A stretch of 32,000 nucleotides of DNA. Origin: Deltaproteobacteria bacterium. Its GTDB lineage: Bacteria; Myxococcota_A; Polyangia; Polyangiales; Polyangiaceae. The stretch covers positions 1-32,000 of the forward strand of contig JAYTOL010000262.1 of the NCBI GenBank assembly GCA_043747815.1, in the 5' to 3' direction. Positions 10,401 to 18,809 of the stretch are shown here, piece after piece (positions within the stretch are counted from its first letter, which is position 1; every line of letters starts with the position of its first letter). Both the position numbers and the translations under genes were made by a program. The notes under the pieces were generated by a model. That model was not told where the DNA came from, did not search any database, and saw nothing but the letters and a program-made list of their open reading frames with translations.

Positions 10401-11431
10401 GGCGTTGGGGCTGGCTGCTCGCCGCCCTGGGCTTGCTGCTCCTGGCCGCGATCGCGTTGGCGCCACCCCCCGCGCGGCGCGTGGCACAGAAAACGCTCGC
10501 CTTCCCGCGCTACGCACGCCCTCACGAGATCGAGCGGCAAGAGCAGCGCAGCCACGCGCCGCCGCGCGAGCGACGAGGCGATGCCGGCGTGCTCGAGGTG
10601 CCGGCGCGCCCGGACTTCGACCCGATGCACGTCGCGCTCTCTGGCGGCGAGCTCGCGCTCGTGATCGAAGCGGGGGTTTTGAAGGACTCCCCCATCGGGC
10701 GCAAGCTGCTCGCGTGCCTATCGCCGGCTCAGCTCGAAGGCCTCGGCGAGCTCGAGGGCAAGCTCGGCTTTCGGCCGCTCGAGCGCATCGAGCGCATCGG
10801 GCTCGCCGGCGGCTCGATGCAGGAAGAGCCGGTGCTCCTGCTCAGCGGCGACTTCACGGGCTTTGACCCCAAGCGCTTCGGCGACGAAGCCAAGTTCGAG
10901 AGCTACGGTCGACACACAGAGCTCGCGAGCGGTGAAGCTTCGTCCGTCGCGCTCTGGGACGAGCGGGTGCTGCTCATCGGTAAGCCCCAGGGCGTCCTTC
11001 TGATCGTGGAGAAGCTCGAGGGCAACTCCCCAGTTGAGGATGCCTTCCCGTCGAGCGAGGCCTACGGGGAGGTCTATGGACGCATGAGCGGGGCGGCGCT
11101 CAGTCAGCTCCTGCCCGAGCAATTCAGAGAGCGCGTGGGCCAGGCCGCAGAGCGTGTGCTCTTGCACATGGACGCCACCGACGATCTGCTCATGGTGGCT
11201 GAAGTGCGCGGCGACGCCGCCCAGGTGAAAGATCTCGGGACCGCGCTCGCGGGCGCGCTCGCCATGGGGCGCCTGCACGCCGTCCAACAGCAAGAAACCT
11301 TGCTGGCCGAGCTCCTCGATCAGTCGCGCGTCATCCCGGGCCAGGCTGGCTTCCAGTTGGAGATGGCGTTGCCCCTGTCCGCCATCGAAGACCAGCTGGG
11401 CGAGTGCGCTCGACAAAACTCGCCGCCCTGA
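10373..11431 (+). CDS. Hypothetical exported or membrane-anchored protein, last gene of the PilZ-SCP2-ABC operon
   Basis: 352 aa with an N-terminal signal/anchor (WGWLLAALGLLLLAAIALA). It overlaps the permease gene by 28 nt. I recognise no domain. Confidence 0.6.
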   Translation: MAVEGQGFLRRWGWLLAALGLLLLAAIALAPPPARRVAQKTLAFPRYARPHEIERQEQRSHAPPRERRGDAGVLEVPARPDFDPMHVALSGGELALVIEAGVLKDSPIGRKLLACLSPAQLEGLGELEGKLGFRPLERIERIGLAGGSMQEEPVLLLSGDFTGFDPKRFGDEAKFESYGRHTELASGEASSVALWDERVLLIGKPQGVLLIVEKLEGNSPVEDAFPSSEAYGEVYGRMSGAALSQLLPEQFRERVGQAAERVLLHMDATDDLLMVAEVRGDAAQVKDLGTALAGALAMGRLHAVQQQETLLAELLDQSRVIPGQAGFQLEMALPLSAIEDQLGECARQNSPP

Positions 11432-11435
11432 CCGG

Positions 11436-11451
11436 CAGGAGCGCCCTCCTG
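11436..11451. terminator. Hairpin between convergent genes (CAGGAG-cgcc-CTCCTG), possible bidirectional terminator
   Basis: A perfect 6-bp stem with a 4-nt loop sits in the 45-nt gap between the stops at 11431 (+) and 11477 (-). There is no clear U-tract. Confidence 0.3.
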
Positions 11452-11476
11452 ATGGGGCAGGCCCGATGAGCAGGGC

Positions 11477-12061
11477 TCACGCGTCGAAGTCGCCGCCAAA
11501 ACCGCCACCGTCATCGACCCCGTCGAGGCCGTTCCCGTCCTCTGCGTAGTTGGCGTCGACCCCGCCGTCCGCGTCGCCAGCGGACGCCGTCGCGCCGGCG
11601 TCACCGAAGGTGTCCGTACCGAAGCCACCCAGCGCCGAAAAGAAACTCTGCGCCACCAAGCTGCCGACGAAGCCAGCGGCGAAGCTGCTGAGCAGACCGC
11701 CACCGAAACCGATGCCAGGCCGGGCGAGCGTGCGCTCCATGACGCCCGGTTGTCGGATCTCCGCTCGCGTCGCCACGCGGGCCATGGCCTGTGGATCGTC
11801 GCTCGACGTCGCCTCGATCGCCGCACGTTCGCGCACGGGAGCCATTTGAATGAGATCTGTCAGCACCTGACGGCGCGCCTCCGGGGACAGCTGAGCAAAT
11901 GCCTCGGCGTGGGCTTGCTCGATCGTCTCAGGTGGGGCGGTTTGCAACATGTACCGATAGCGCGCGAGCGCCTGGTCACCCCCTCCGACGGACGGAGGGG
12001 ACCGACGTGCGCCGCCTTCCCGTTCCTCATCGATGCCCAACAAGCGGCTGAAAAAGCCCAT
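11477..12061 (-). CDS. Hypothetical protein with Gly-rich, acidic C-terminal tail
   Basis: I prefer the ATG at 12061 (MGFFSRLLG...), which has AGAGGA about 7 nt upstream. The track start at 12142 lacks an RBS. The central segment is helical-looking (YRYMLQTAPPETIEQAHAEAFAQLSPEARRQV). It is followed by a Gly/Phe-rich hydrophobic segment and a D/G-rich tail. Confidence 0.6.
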   Translation of the reverse strand: MGFFSRLLGIDEEREGGARRSPPSVGGGDQALARYRYMLQTAPPETIEQAHAEAFAQLSPEARRQVLTDLIQMAPVRERAAIEATSSDDPQAMARVATRAEIRQPGVMERTLARPGIGFGGGLLSSFAAGFVGSLVAQSFFSALGGFGTDTFGDAGATASAGDADGGVDANYAEDGNGLDGVDDGGGFGGDFDA

Positions 12062-12159
12062 TTTTCCTCTTACTGTCGCGCTCGTGACGACTCCGGTGGC
12101 TGATCTGTCACCCGCTGGCGTGCTAGGTTCGTGCCAAGCCACGGGTTCCGCGGAGGCGG

Positions 12160-13494
12160 CTACGGCTGCGCTGGCGGCAATGCGGCCCAGCGCAACGACT
12201 CGCCGTCACGGCTCGAGATCTTCTGCGTTTTCCCGCTCTTCAATGACTTGACGTACAAGCCCTGCTCTTTGCCGCGCGTCGAGAAGAAGGCGATCAGCCG
12301 CCCGTCAGGGCTGCACGCCGGATACGAGTTCGAGCCTTCGCCTTGCGTCAGTCGCGCCGTGTTGCCACCCGTTTCGTTGGAGCGCACGAGGTCCTGCGCG
12401 TTGTTGCCCACGGCGACGGCGTAGATCAGGTAGACGCCGTCCTCCGTGTCGCAGAAGGTCGGCGCCGCTGCGGAGAAGCTCGCGGGCGACACGGCCTTGC
12501 CCTCCACGTACACGCGTTGCCCAATCTTCTGACCCCCGCCGCCGATCCAGGCCAGCTTGCCCGAGGGACTGAAGACGGGGTGTGTGGCCACCTCCGTGTT
12601 GGAGACTTGCTTCATGTTGGTGCCGTTGGCGTTGCCCACGTAGACCGAGCTACCGACGTCGGTCCCCACGGCCACGGCCAGCTTCTTGAAGTCACTGCTG
12701 AAGGCGGCGCTGTAGATGGAGGTCTTGAAGGGCAGCTGCACGCCCGCGCCGTCGAGCTGCACCAGGCGAAAGGGCGAATATTTACGGCTCTGCGAATAAA
12801 ACAGCGTGCCGCCCGCTCCCCACATCGGAGCGACGCTCGTATCCGTGCCCAGCGTCAGGGAGCGGATGTTATGCCCGTCCGCGTCGACAGTATAAATACT
12901 GGGGTTTTTGCCCGACTTCGCCGAGAACGTGAGGTGGCTGGAAAATCCGCCCTCGCGCCCCGTGATGGCACCAAGCAAGGCGTCGGTGATGCGGTGCGCG
13001 GTCGGGCGCACCTGGTCCGCCTTCACTATCAGCGTCTTTTCGTAGACCGGCTCCTTACCGTGGCTCAAAAAGTAGCAGACGCCGAAGATCTTCACGCTAT
13101 CGGGGCCCTGCTTCTGAGCGGCCACCTTGATGATGACCTCCGCCCCGAGCTTGCTCCAGGCCTTGATGTCGACCGGGTCGTTGAAGCCGTACAGGCCTTC
13201 GGGCGCCTTGGCGTCATCGAGCACCTTGAACATGCCGGTGAGCTCGAAATCACGCCGCACGACTCCGCGCACGATCACGTCTTCCAGATCGGGAGAGAGC
13301 GAGGGCAACACGGCCAGCGGCGTCACGTGTTCTTGCGAGTCGCCGGTGATGAGCAACTCGCCGAGCACGCTCTCGTCGGCGGGGGGCGCCGGCGTTTGCG
13401 CGCCGGCGCTGAAGCTGAGCAGCAGAGTACACACGCCATGGGCGAGGAGCGCCCACGCACGCGTTCGCTTCGGCGCCCTCGCTGTCGGAGTCAT
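12160..13494 (-). CDS. tolB: Tol-Pal system beta-propeller protein TolB
   Basis: Signal peptide followed by a TolB N-terminal domain. Repeated propeller-blade motifs are present (HPVFSPSGKLAW, YPACSPDGRLIAFFS). The start at 13494 gives an ATGA overlap with the upstream gene, and an ATG at 13500 is also possible. Confidence 0.9.
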   Translation of the reverse strand: MTPTARAPKRTRAWALLAHGVCTLLLSFSAGAQTPAPPADESVLGELLITGDSQEHVTPLAVLPSLSPDLEDVIVRGVVRRDFELTGMFKVLDDAKAPEGLYGFNDPVDIKAWSKLGAEVIIKVAAQKQGPDSVKIFGVCYFLSHGKEPVYEKTLIVKADQVRPTAHRITDALLGAITGREGGFSSHLTFSAKSGKNPSIYTVDADGHNIRSLTLGTDTSVAPMWGAGGTLFYSQSRKYSPFRLVQLDGAGVQLPFKTSIYSAAFSSDFKKLAVAVGTDVGSSVYVGNANGTNMKQVSNTEVATHPVFSPSGKLAWIGGGGQKIGQRVYVEGKAVSPASFSAAAPTFCDTEDGVYLIYAVAVGNNAQDLVRSNETGGNTARLTQGEGSNSYPACSPDGRLIAFFSTRGKEQGLYVKSLKSGKTQKISSRDGESLRWAALPPAQP

Positions 13495-14297
13495 TTGCAT
13501 TGGTCGTTCTTTCCCTGGAACGTGGGGTGAACCACGTCATCCAGTATGTCCGGGTAGTTGGGGGGCGGAGGCGGGACTTTCTGACCCACACGCGCGTCCA
13601 TCACCCGCCGCACTCGCGCGTCGAAGATGGCGTTTCCGCTCGAGATCATGTCGTAGCTCGACACCGACCCATCGGGCGCGAGCCGTGCGTTCACGCTGGC
13701 GCGGAGGTCCCGCAGGATGGCGCAGGGGACTTCCTCCGAGGGGGAAGCGAAGCCTTGTTTGAACCAGCCGATCAGCTTCATTCGGTACAGGTCGACGGCG
13801 CGTGCCTTGAGCGGATCCTTTTCCGTTCCTTCTTCGACACCGTCGGCAGCTCCCTCTTCGGGTACGTTCGGCTCGTCTTCTTCTTCTCTCTCGACCTCGA
13901 GCACGGGCCTGTCCACCTGCTCTGCCACTGGCGCCTGTGGATCGGCCGGCTTGTCTTCGGGCTTTGGCTTTTTTTCCTGCTTGTCGGGCAGGTTTTCTGC
14001 GGTCTTCGACGCGAGCGGCGTGGGCACGTCCTTCGGCTCGACGCGCTTGACCGGGACCGGCGGCTTCCATTTGTCTGGCAGCTTGTTGGGCCGGGGTTTG
14101 CCGCCCTTTTTTAGGAGTGGCAGGTCGAGCATCGGCTTGACAGCGATCGACATCTCACGGGGCGGCGGCTCCGGCCGCGGCATCGAGCCTACCGCGTTGT
14201 GGGCCAGGAGCATGAGCACGACGAGCACGCCCTGCACCAACGCCGCGAGCGAGGTGGCGGCCCACACCTGGCCACTCGAGAACGCCCGGGTCCTCAC
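13491..14297 (-). CDS. tolA: TolA-like / TonB-family energy transducer (N-terminal TM, Pro/Lys/Glu-rich linker, TonB_C-like C-terminus)
   Basis: N-terminal TM helix (LAALVQGVLVVLMLLAH) and a long linker rich in P, K and E. Its position between tolR and tolB fits TolA. The GTG start overlaps the tolR stop (GTGA). Confidence 0.75.
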   Translation of the reverse strand: MRTRAFSSGQVWAATSLAALVQGVLVVLMLLAHNAVGSMPRPEPPPREMSIAVKPMLDLPLLKKGGKPRPNKLPDKWKPPVPVKRVEPKDVPTPLASKTAENLPDKQEKKPKPEDKPADPQAPVAEQVDRPVLEVEREEEDEPNVPEEGAADGVEEGTEKDPLKARAVDLYRMKLIGWFKQGFASPSEEVPCAILRDLRASVNARLAPDGSVSSYDMISSGNAIFDARVRRVMDARVGQKVPPPPPNYPDILDDVVHPTFQGKNDQCK

Positions 14298-14746
14298 TGC
14301 GGCGTCTCGCTCTTGCCCTGTTCTCCTTCGTCCTCGTCCGCTCCTTCCGGCTCTACGAGCAAGTTGAGCGAGTCGACCCCGCTGCGCCGCGCGGCGGCCA
14401 CGACCTCCGCCACGTCGCCGTACTTGGCGTTCTTGTCGGCTCGGATATAGAGCTCGCGCTCCTGCTGGACTCGGGCGTTTTGGCTGAAGGCATCGAAGAC
14501 GCGGCCGGTCACCTCTTCATCGCCGAACATCACCTTGCCTTCGGCGGTGACGGTGACCAACAGCCGACCGTCTTTGACGGGCGTATTGGCGGCCTGCACG
14601 TTGGGCAGGTCTATCTTGAGGCCGGTGGTGAGGAGCGGCGCCGTGACCATGAAGACCACGAGCAACACCAGCATCACGTCCACCAGCGGCGTGACGTTGA
14701 TATCGCGAAATCCCCGTCTACCCGAGCGACCCGCTTGCGCCCCCAT
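14294..14746 (-). CDS. tolR: Biopolymer transport protein TolR/ExbD
   Basis: 150 aa with the ExbD/TolR signature INVTPLVDVMLVLLVVFMV followed by a periplasmic domain. Confidence 0.9.
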   Translation of the reverse strand: MGAQAGRSGRRGFRDINVTPLVDVMLVLLVVFMVTAPLLTTGLKIDLPNVQAANTPVKDGRLLVTVTAEGKVMFGDEEVTGRVFDAFSQNARVQQERELYIRADKNAKYGDVAEVVAAARRSGVDSLNLLVEPEGADEDEGEQGKSETPQ

Positions 14747-14748
14747 GC

Positions 14749-15489
14749 CTAACCTCCGTAGCGGGGCTGTTGCGAAGGGCGCTGCGGGGCAGGATTTACG
14801 GGTGCGAGGCTGCTGCGCCGCTCGGCGGCGTCAGAGGCCAAGATCTCCACCCAGGTTTCGCTAGAGGCTTCTACCGTGGCCATCAAGTCGGTGATGCGCT
14901 GATCGATGTAGTTGTAACCGATGGTGGCTGGAATGGCAGCGACCAAGCCCACTGCCGTGGCGATCAACGCCTCACCGATCGCGGGGGCCACTACGGGCAA
15001 CGAGGCGCTGCCTTCGACCCCGATCCGCAAGAACGCATCCATGATGCCCCAGACGGTGCCGAACAGACCGATGAACGGCGCCGATGACGCGATGCTCGAC
15101 AGCGTCGGCATCAGCACTCCGGCGCGCTGCTGCTCGCTCACGATGGCGCGCTTGGCCACGCTCGCCAAGAACTCGGCGGTCAAGTTCGAGCGCGGCCGCT
15201 TCGCCATCTCCACGACGATGCGCCCGCCGGGGGCGCCTTTGTGCTGGATGCCCAGCGCGACCAAGGCGGAGGCTTCCGCCACCTCCGAAGCGTCGCGCTC
15301 GAAGCGATCCTGCGCCGCTTGCAGCCGGCGCAGTTGCATCGACTTCAAAAACCAGATCAGCCACACCGCGAACGAGGCGACGATGAGCAAGGACAGAACG
15401 ACCAGCACGACTCCCGACGCCTGGCGCACGAGCGACAACGGGTCGAGAGCGGGCGCTCCAGCGGGCGTGGGGGGAGCGAGTGCGGACAT
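14749..15489 (-). CDS. tolQ: MotA/TolQ/ExbB proton-channel protein TolQ
   Basis: 246 aa with three TM helices. Conserved segments are APFIGLFGTVWGIMDAF and EALIATAVGLVAAIPA. The stop lies 2 nt before the tolR start. Confidence 0.9.
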   Translation of the reverse strand: MSALAPPTPAGAPALDPLSLVRQASGVVLVVLSLLIVASFAVWLIWFLKSMQLRRLQAAQDRFERDASEVAEASALVALGIQHKGAPGGRIVVEMAKRPRSNLTAEFLASVAKRAIVSEQQRAGVLMPTLSSIASSAPFIGLFGTVWGIMDAFLRIGVEGSASLPVVAPAIGEALIATAVGLVAAIPATIGYNYIDQRITDLMATVEASSETWVEILASDAAERRSSLAPVNPAPQRPSQQPRYGG

Positions 15490-15606
15490 CTAACTTCTTA
15501 CCAATCGGCGCTCGTCGTTCACCTGCGACTGAGCGCCGCAGGTGAACACTGGGTAAACACGGCGCAAAAACACAGCTTTGCTTACGAGTGGGGCACGCCG
15601 GTGGCG

Positions 15607-16149
15607 TTAGTCTGCCAGGATGACGTCCACGCGCCGGTCTTCCGACCAGCCCGATTCGTCCGTGCCGCTCGAGTCCATCTCGCCGCGCGACGTCGTCTCT
15701 GCCTGGCGATCGGGCAAGCCCTGGGTCGCCAGGTACGACCTGACGTTGTCGGCGCGCTTACCGCCGAGGACCATGTTGTACTCCGCTTCACCGCGAGGAT
15801 CGGCGTGGCCTACCAGGCGCATGGTGCGGCCGCTGAGCTTACCCGTCGTAAAGCACTGAACGAGCTTGTTCAGCACGGGCTGGTCACCCTTTTGAACGCG
15901 AGCCGAGTCGTACGAGAACTTCGCTTCGGCATCGGTAATGCCGCAGGCGAGGGCGATCTCGTCGGAGACGTTGATCGTGCTCTGGCGCGGGTCGTCACCC
16001 GGTTTCTCCGGAGGCGGAGGCGGAGGCGGCTCCGGCGGCGGCGGCGCCTCTACCAGGGGCGTCGGAGCCACCGGCGGTGGTTTTGGATCGGACCCACACG
16101 CCAGAGCGGCCAATGCCGCCAGCACGTAGAAGCTACGCTGAACTGCCAT
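15607..16149 (-). CDS. pal: Peptidoglycan-associated lipoprotein (Pal, OmpA_C-like domain)
   Basis: I prefer the ATG at 16149, which has AGGAGG 9 nt upstream. It has the lipobox LAALAC|G, a Pro-rich linker and an OmpA-like domain (LVGHADPRGEAEYNMVLGGKRADNV ... RRVDVIL). Confidence 0.85.
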   Translation of the reverse strand: MAVQRSFYVLAALAALACGSDPKPPPVAPTPLVEAPPPPEPPPPPPPEKPGDDPRQSTINVSDEIALACGITDAEAKFSYDSARVQKGDQPVLNKLVQCFTTGKLSGRTMRLVGHADPRGEAEYNMVLGGKRADNVRSYLATQGLPDRQAETTSRGEMDSSGTDESGWSEDRRVDVILAD

Positions 16150-16610
16150 CTCCAGAATCCTCCTGAACACTCTCAATTAGAACAGTGACGTCAAAAAGCA
16201 CAATCGCGTCCCGCCGTTGCATACGCGTTTCGCGTTCCGCCGAGGCGAGCGCGCGGCCATGCCCGGTGGACCTTCTCCAGCGCCGTTACCTGCAGAAGCG
16301 CGAGGGGAATCACGAGCTTCCAGCCTGCGAACGACCTGGCTCGCGAGTTTATAGTACCAAAGGCCCAAGGCCGGCAAGCACACGACAATCTATCGCACGG
16401 CGACTCGGAACCGCTGCGTTTTCTCCCTCGCCGCGCCTGTCGCGAGCTGACACAGAGGTCGGATTCGGCGCTGGCGGCAGGGGAAAGGCCTCCCTTGCTG
16501 AGAGGCCGCGGCCAGAGTCGGGTTCGATGGCGTGGGCCGCAGTCGCGAAGACGACCGCGCCCAAGGCGCCGAAAGTGCCCAGGAGATGAGCGCAGAGATG
16601 AGCCACCAGG

Positions 16611-16637
16611 CAAAATAGCCTGCGGGAAGCAGCCTAC
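16611..16637 (-). terminator. Intrinsic-terminator-like hairpin downstream of the Cys-rich gene
   Basis: The minus-strand RNA would read GUAGGCUGCUUCCCGCAGGCUAUUUUG. That is a 7-bp stem with one C-C mismatch, followed by AUUUUG. It lies 33 nt after the stop at 16670. Confidence 0.4.
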
Positions 16638-16669
16638 TGGAATAGGCGCTTAGACAAGCGATGCCACCA

Positions 16670-17113
16670 TCACGGGCGGAGCTGCTCGAGGAGCCTCCGG
16701 CTCATTTCATAGTAGGTCGAGCGGTCGTAGGGCTGGTTGAGGATGTAGTAGTCCTTGTGGCTCAGGCCCACGCAACCGAAGCAGTAGTTGCACTGGGACA
16801 TGCCCGCACAGCGCGTCAGGTACGAGCAGCCGATCGAGCTCTGCGTGTCGGTGCAGTGGTGGCAGGAGAGCAGCGCCCGCGACGCCTGGCAGTGCGATGA
16901 GTCCGTGCACTGCTCGCACTCCACGCAGTAGTGGCAGCGGAGCAGGTGCTGACAATGTCGGCAGAAGGTGCTTTGCGTGCAGCCGCTGCAGTGCTGGCAC
17001 TGGACGCAGCGGTCGTTTTCTTTCCCTGACTCGTGCGTGCGCAAGAGCTCTCGATACTGGACCTCGAACTCGTGTGCCGTCAGCACGGTGACCTCGCGAC
17101 ACGGCGCCGTCAC
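16670..17113 (-). CDS. Cys/His-rich protein with strict 3-residue Cys periodicity (putative metal-binding); family not recognised
   Basis: 147 aa with no signal peptide. It has 18 Cys at residues 36-114, all at positions divisible by 3 (CVQCQHCSGC...CRHC...CHYCVECEQC...CHHC...CNYCFGC). The start ATG overlaps the stop of the upstream gene (ATGA). Confidence 0.75.
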   Translation of the reverse strand: MTAPCREVTVLTAHEFEVQYRELLRTHESGKENDRCVQCQHCSGCTQSTFCRHCQHLLRCHYCVECEQCTDSSHCQASRALLSCHHCTDTQSSIGCSYLTRCAGMSQCNYCFGCVGLSHKDYYILNQPYDRSTYYEMSRRLLEQLRP

Positions 17114-17958
17114 GCGCCGTGATGCACCCGCATCGAGCGACGCAGTGCGCCCGCAGCGTCACGCGTGATCGGATCTTCCGCTGACTGCTCCAGGCGACGC
17201 AGGCGTTGATCCAAGACCGGGCGCTTGATGGGAGCTTCTTTCTGGAGCAGCTCCGCCATGACGAAGACGGCGTCGCGAGCCCGGTGCTCGTTCTCGTGCT
17301 CGAGCAGCTGGATCTGCACCTCTTGCCGCCTCGGAGCCACGAACTTGCCATCCCAAAGATCGTCCGCCGCCCGTGAGATGGCGCCGCGACCTTGGCTGCG
17401 GACCAAACGATCGAGCAGCTGTTGCTCGCGGTTGCCGGCTGGCGTGAGCACGCTGTCCGTCAGCTTGACGATCCGCACCGCGCGGCGCCGCACGCCCTCC
17501 GGGCGAGGTGTTTCGGACGCACCCGCCTCGGCAGCGCCTTCAGAAAAGCCATTGCTCGAGAGGCCACCATTGCCGTCGGGGTCAGCGTCGCTCGCGCGGG
17601 CACGGCTACCCTCCTCCGAGAGCTCAGCGCCGCTCACCCTGGCCAGGCTGCTGCCAAAGCCATTGGTCACGGCGTGCCCGTTGCTCTTGCCTTCGCTTTG
17701 CCCGTTTTGAGGCGAGCCCGCGGTAAAAGAGGCCGCGTCTCGCGGAGGAGCGCCAAAATGAGCTGGCCGCGCCGATGCCAGGGCGCCGTGCTTGGGCTGC
17801 GCGGAAGCCACCACGGAGTGGAAACCGTTCTTCAGCAAAGGAGAATCCGGACGCCGAGCGACGATGAGCACGGGCTCGGCCGCCGCCTTGTTGCGCGGGT
17901 TCTTCGACTTGCGGCGTTGGCGGCGCCTGCTGCTGGTTTTCTCTCGTTGTCCTTCCAT
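17110..17958 (-). CDS. Hypothetical protein: basic N-terminus, long low-complexity region, helical C-terminal roughly 110 aa
   Basis: I prefer the ATG at 17958 (MEGQREKTSSRRRQRRKSK...), which has GGAGGA 8 nt upstream. The track start at 18204 adds 82 residues with no RBS. It is coupled to the Cys-rich gene. Confidence 0.6.
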   Translation of the reverse strand: MEGQREKTSSRRRQRRKSKNPRNKAAAEPVLIVARRPDSPLLKNGFHSVVASAQPKHGALASARPAHFGAPPRDAASFTAGSPQNGQSEGKSNGHAVTNGFGSSLARVSGAELSEEGSRARASDADPDGNGGLSSNGFSEGAAEAGASETPRPEGVRRRAVRIVKLTDSVLTPAGNREQQLLDRLVRSQGRGAISRAADDLWDGKFVAPRRQEVQIQLLEHENEHRARDAVFVMAELLQKEAPIKRPVLDQRLRRLEQSAEDPITRDAAGALRRSMRVHHGA

Positions 17959-18678
17959 GATCATTTCCTCCGACGTCATGCGCCGAATCACTTTCGTTTT
18001 GGCGGCCCTGCTGGGAACCGCGACGTTGCTGCTTTGGGCCGCCGCTCTTTGCGAGCGGCGCCCCAGGTGAATCTGATGTGCCCATGTGATGTGCGACAGC
18101 GTGGCCCCGTACCCGAATGGGCCACTCTGCTGAGCGATCGCGTAATATGTAACTGGCCGCCCGTGCGCTGCCGTCGCAGGGGCTGACTCAACCGGACCAC
18201 ACATTTCTCAGCCGCATGTGTTTAGAGCGGCTCTACATAGAAATTCTGTTGGGATTGCCGTGCAGCACTTTTGCGAGTTGGCTGCGGCGGGGCGCGCTGA
18301 CGGCCGTGGACCTGCCTTGCTGCAAGACGGGGGCCCGCCAGCACCCGTGGGGCTAGACCCCGGGGTACGATTAGAGCGATGGGCGGCAAAACAGCCCCTG
18401 TCTTTGGCGGCCAGCTGCCTTCGAAGAGCATGCTGGCCCCGAGCAAATGTCCTGGCGTCGGAACGGCTGCAACGGCAAACCTCGAAGCTGCAGGGGGTCG
18501 TGAATGGAAGCGCCACGACTATTCCGAGAAGCGGCGCGGAGCCATCGCGGGCCCACCGCCGTCCAGAGCAAGCGGGCGAGTGCCGCGCACACCCAGGGCG
18601 CAGCTAGGTCCGCGCCGACCATGTCTGCGCAGCACTGACCCGCGTTGCAGTTGAGCCACACCGCGCCCGCGGCCCGTG

Positions 18679-18723
18679 GCCACATTGCCCCTCGCCACAT
18701 TGCCCCTGGCTACATTGCTCATC
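18679..18723. repeat. 3 x 15-nt tandem repeat (GCCACATTGCCCCTC / GCCACATTGCCCCTG / GCTACATTGCTCATC)
   Basis: Direct reading. Copies 1 and 2 differ at 1 nt and copy 3 is degenerate. Confidence 0.9.
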
Positions 18724-18749
18724 ACAGGGCTCTCGACGATACCGTTGGC

Positions 18750-18809
18750 GGCAACAGATTTGCTGGCGACAGGGCGGCTGGCGACAGGGCGGCAGGCGAC
18801 AGGGATATG
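18750..18809. repeat. 4 x 15-nt tandem repeat (GGCAACAGATTTGCT / GGCGACAGGGCGGCT / GGCGACAGGGCGGCA / GGCGACAGGGATATG)
   Basis: Direct reading. The two central copies differ at 1 nt. Confidence 0.9.

Noticed and set aside
17959-18204. The N-terminal 82 codons of track ORF 17110..18204
   Set aside because: No RBS precedes the start at 18204, and the composition of this part differs from the rest of the protein. GGAGGA lies 8 nt upstream of the ATG at 17958, so that internal ATG is the more likely start.
18640-18725. CCACA-containing repeats considered as DnaA boxes or a replication origin
   Set aside because: There is no match to TTATNCACA beyond CACA. No dnaA, dnaN or AT-rich unwinding element lies nearby, and the flanking genes are unrelated to replication.
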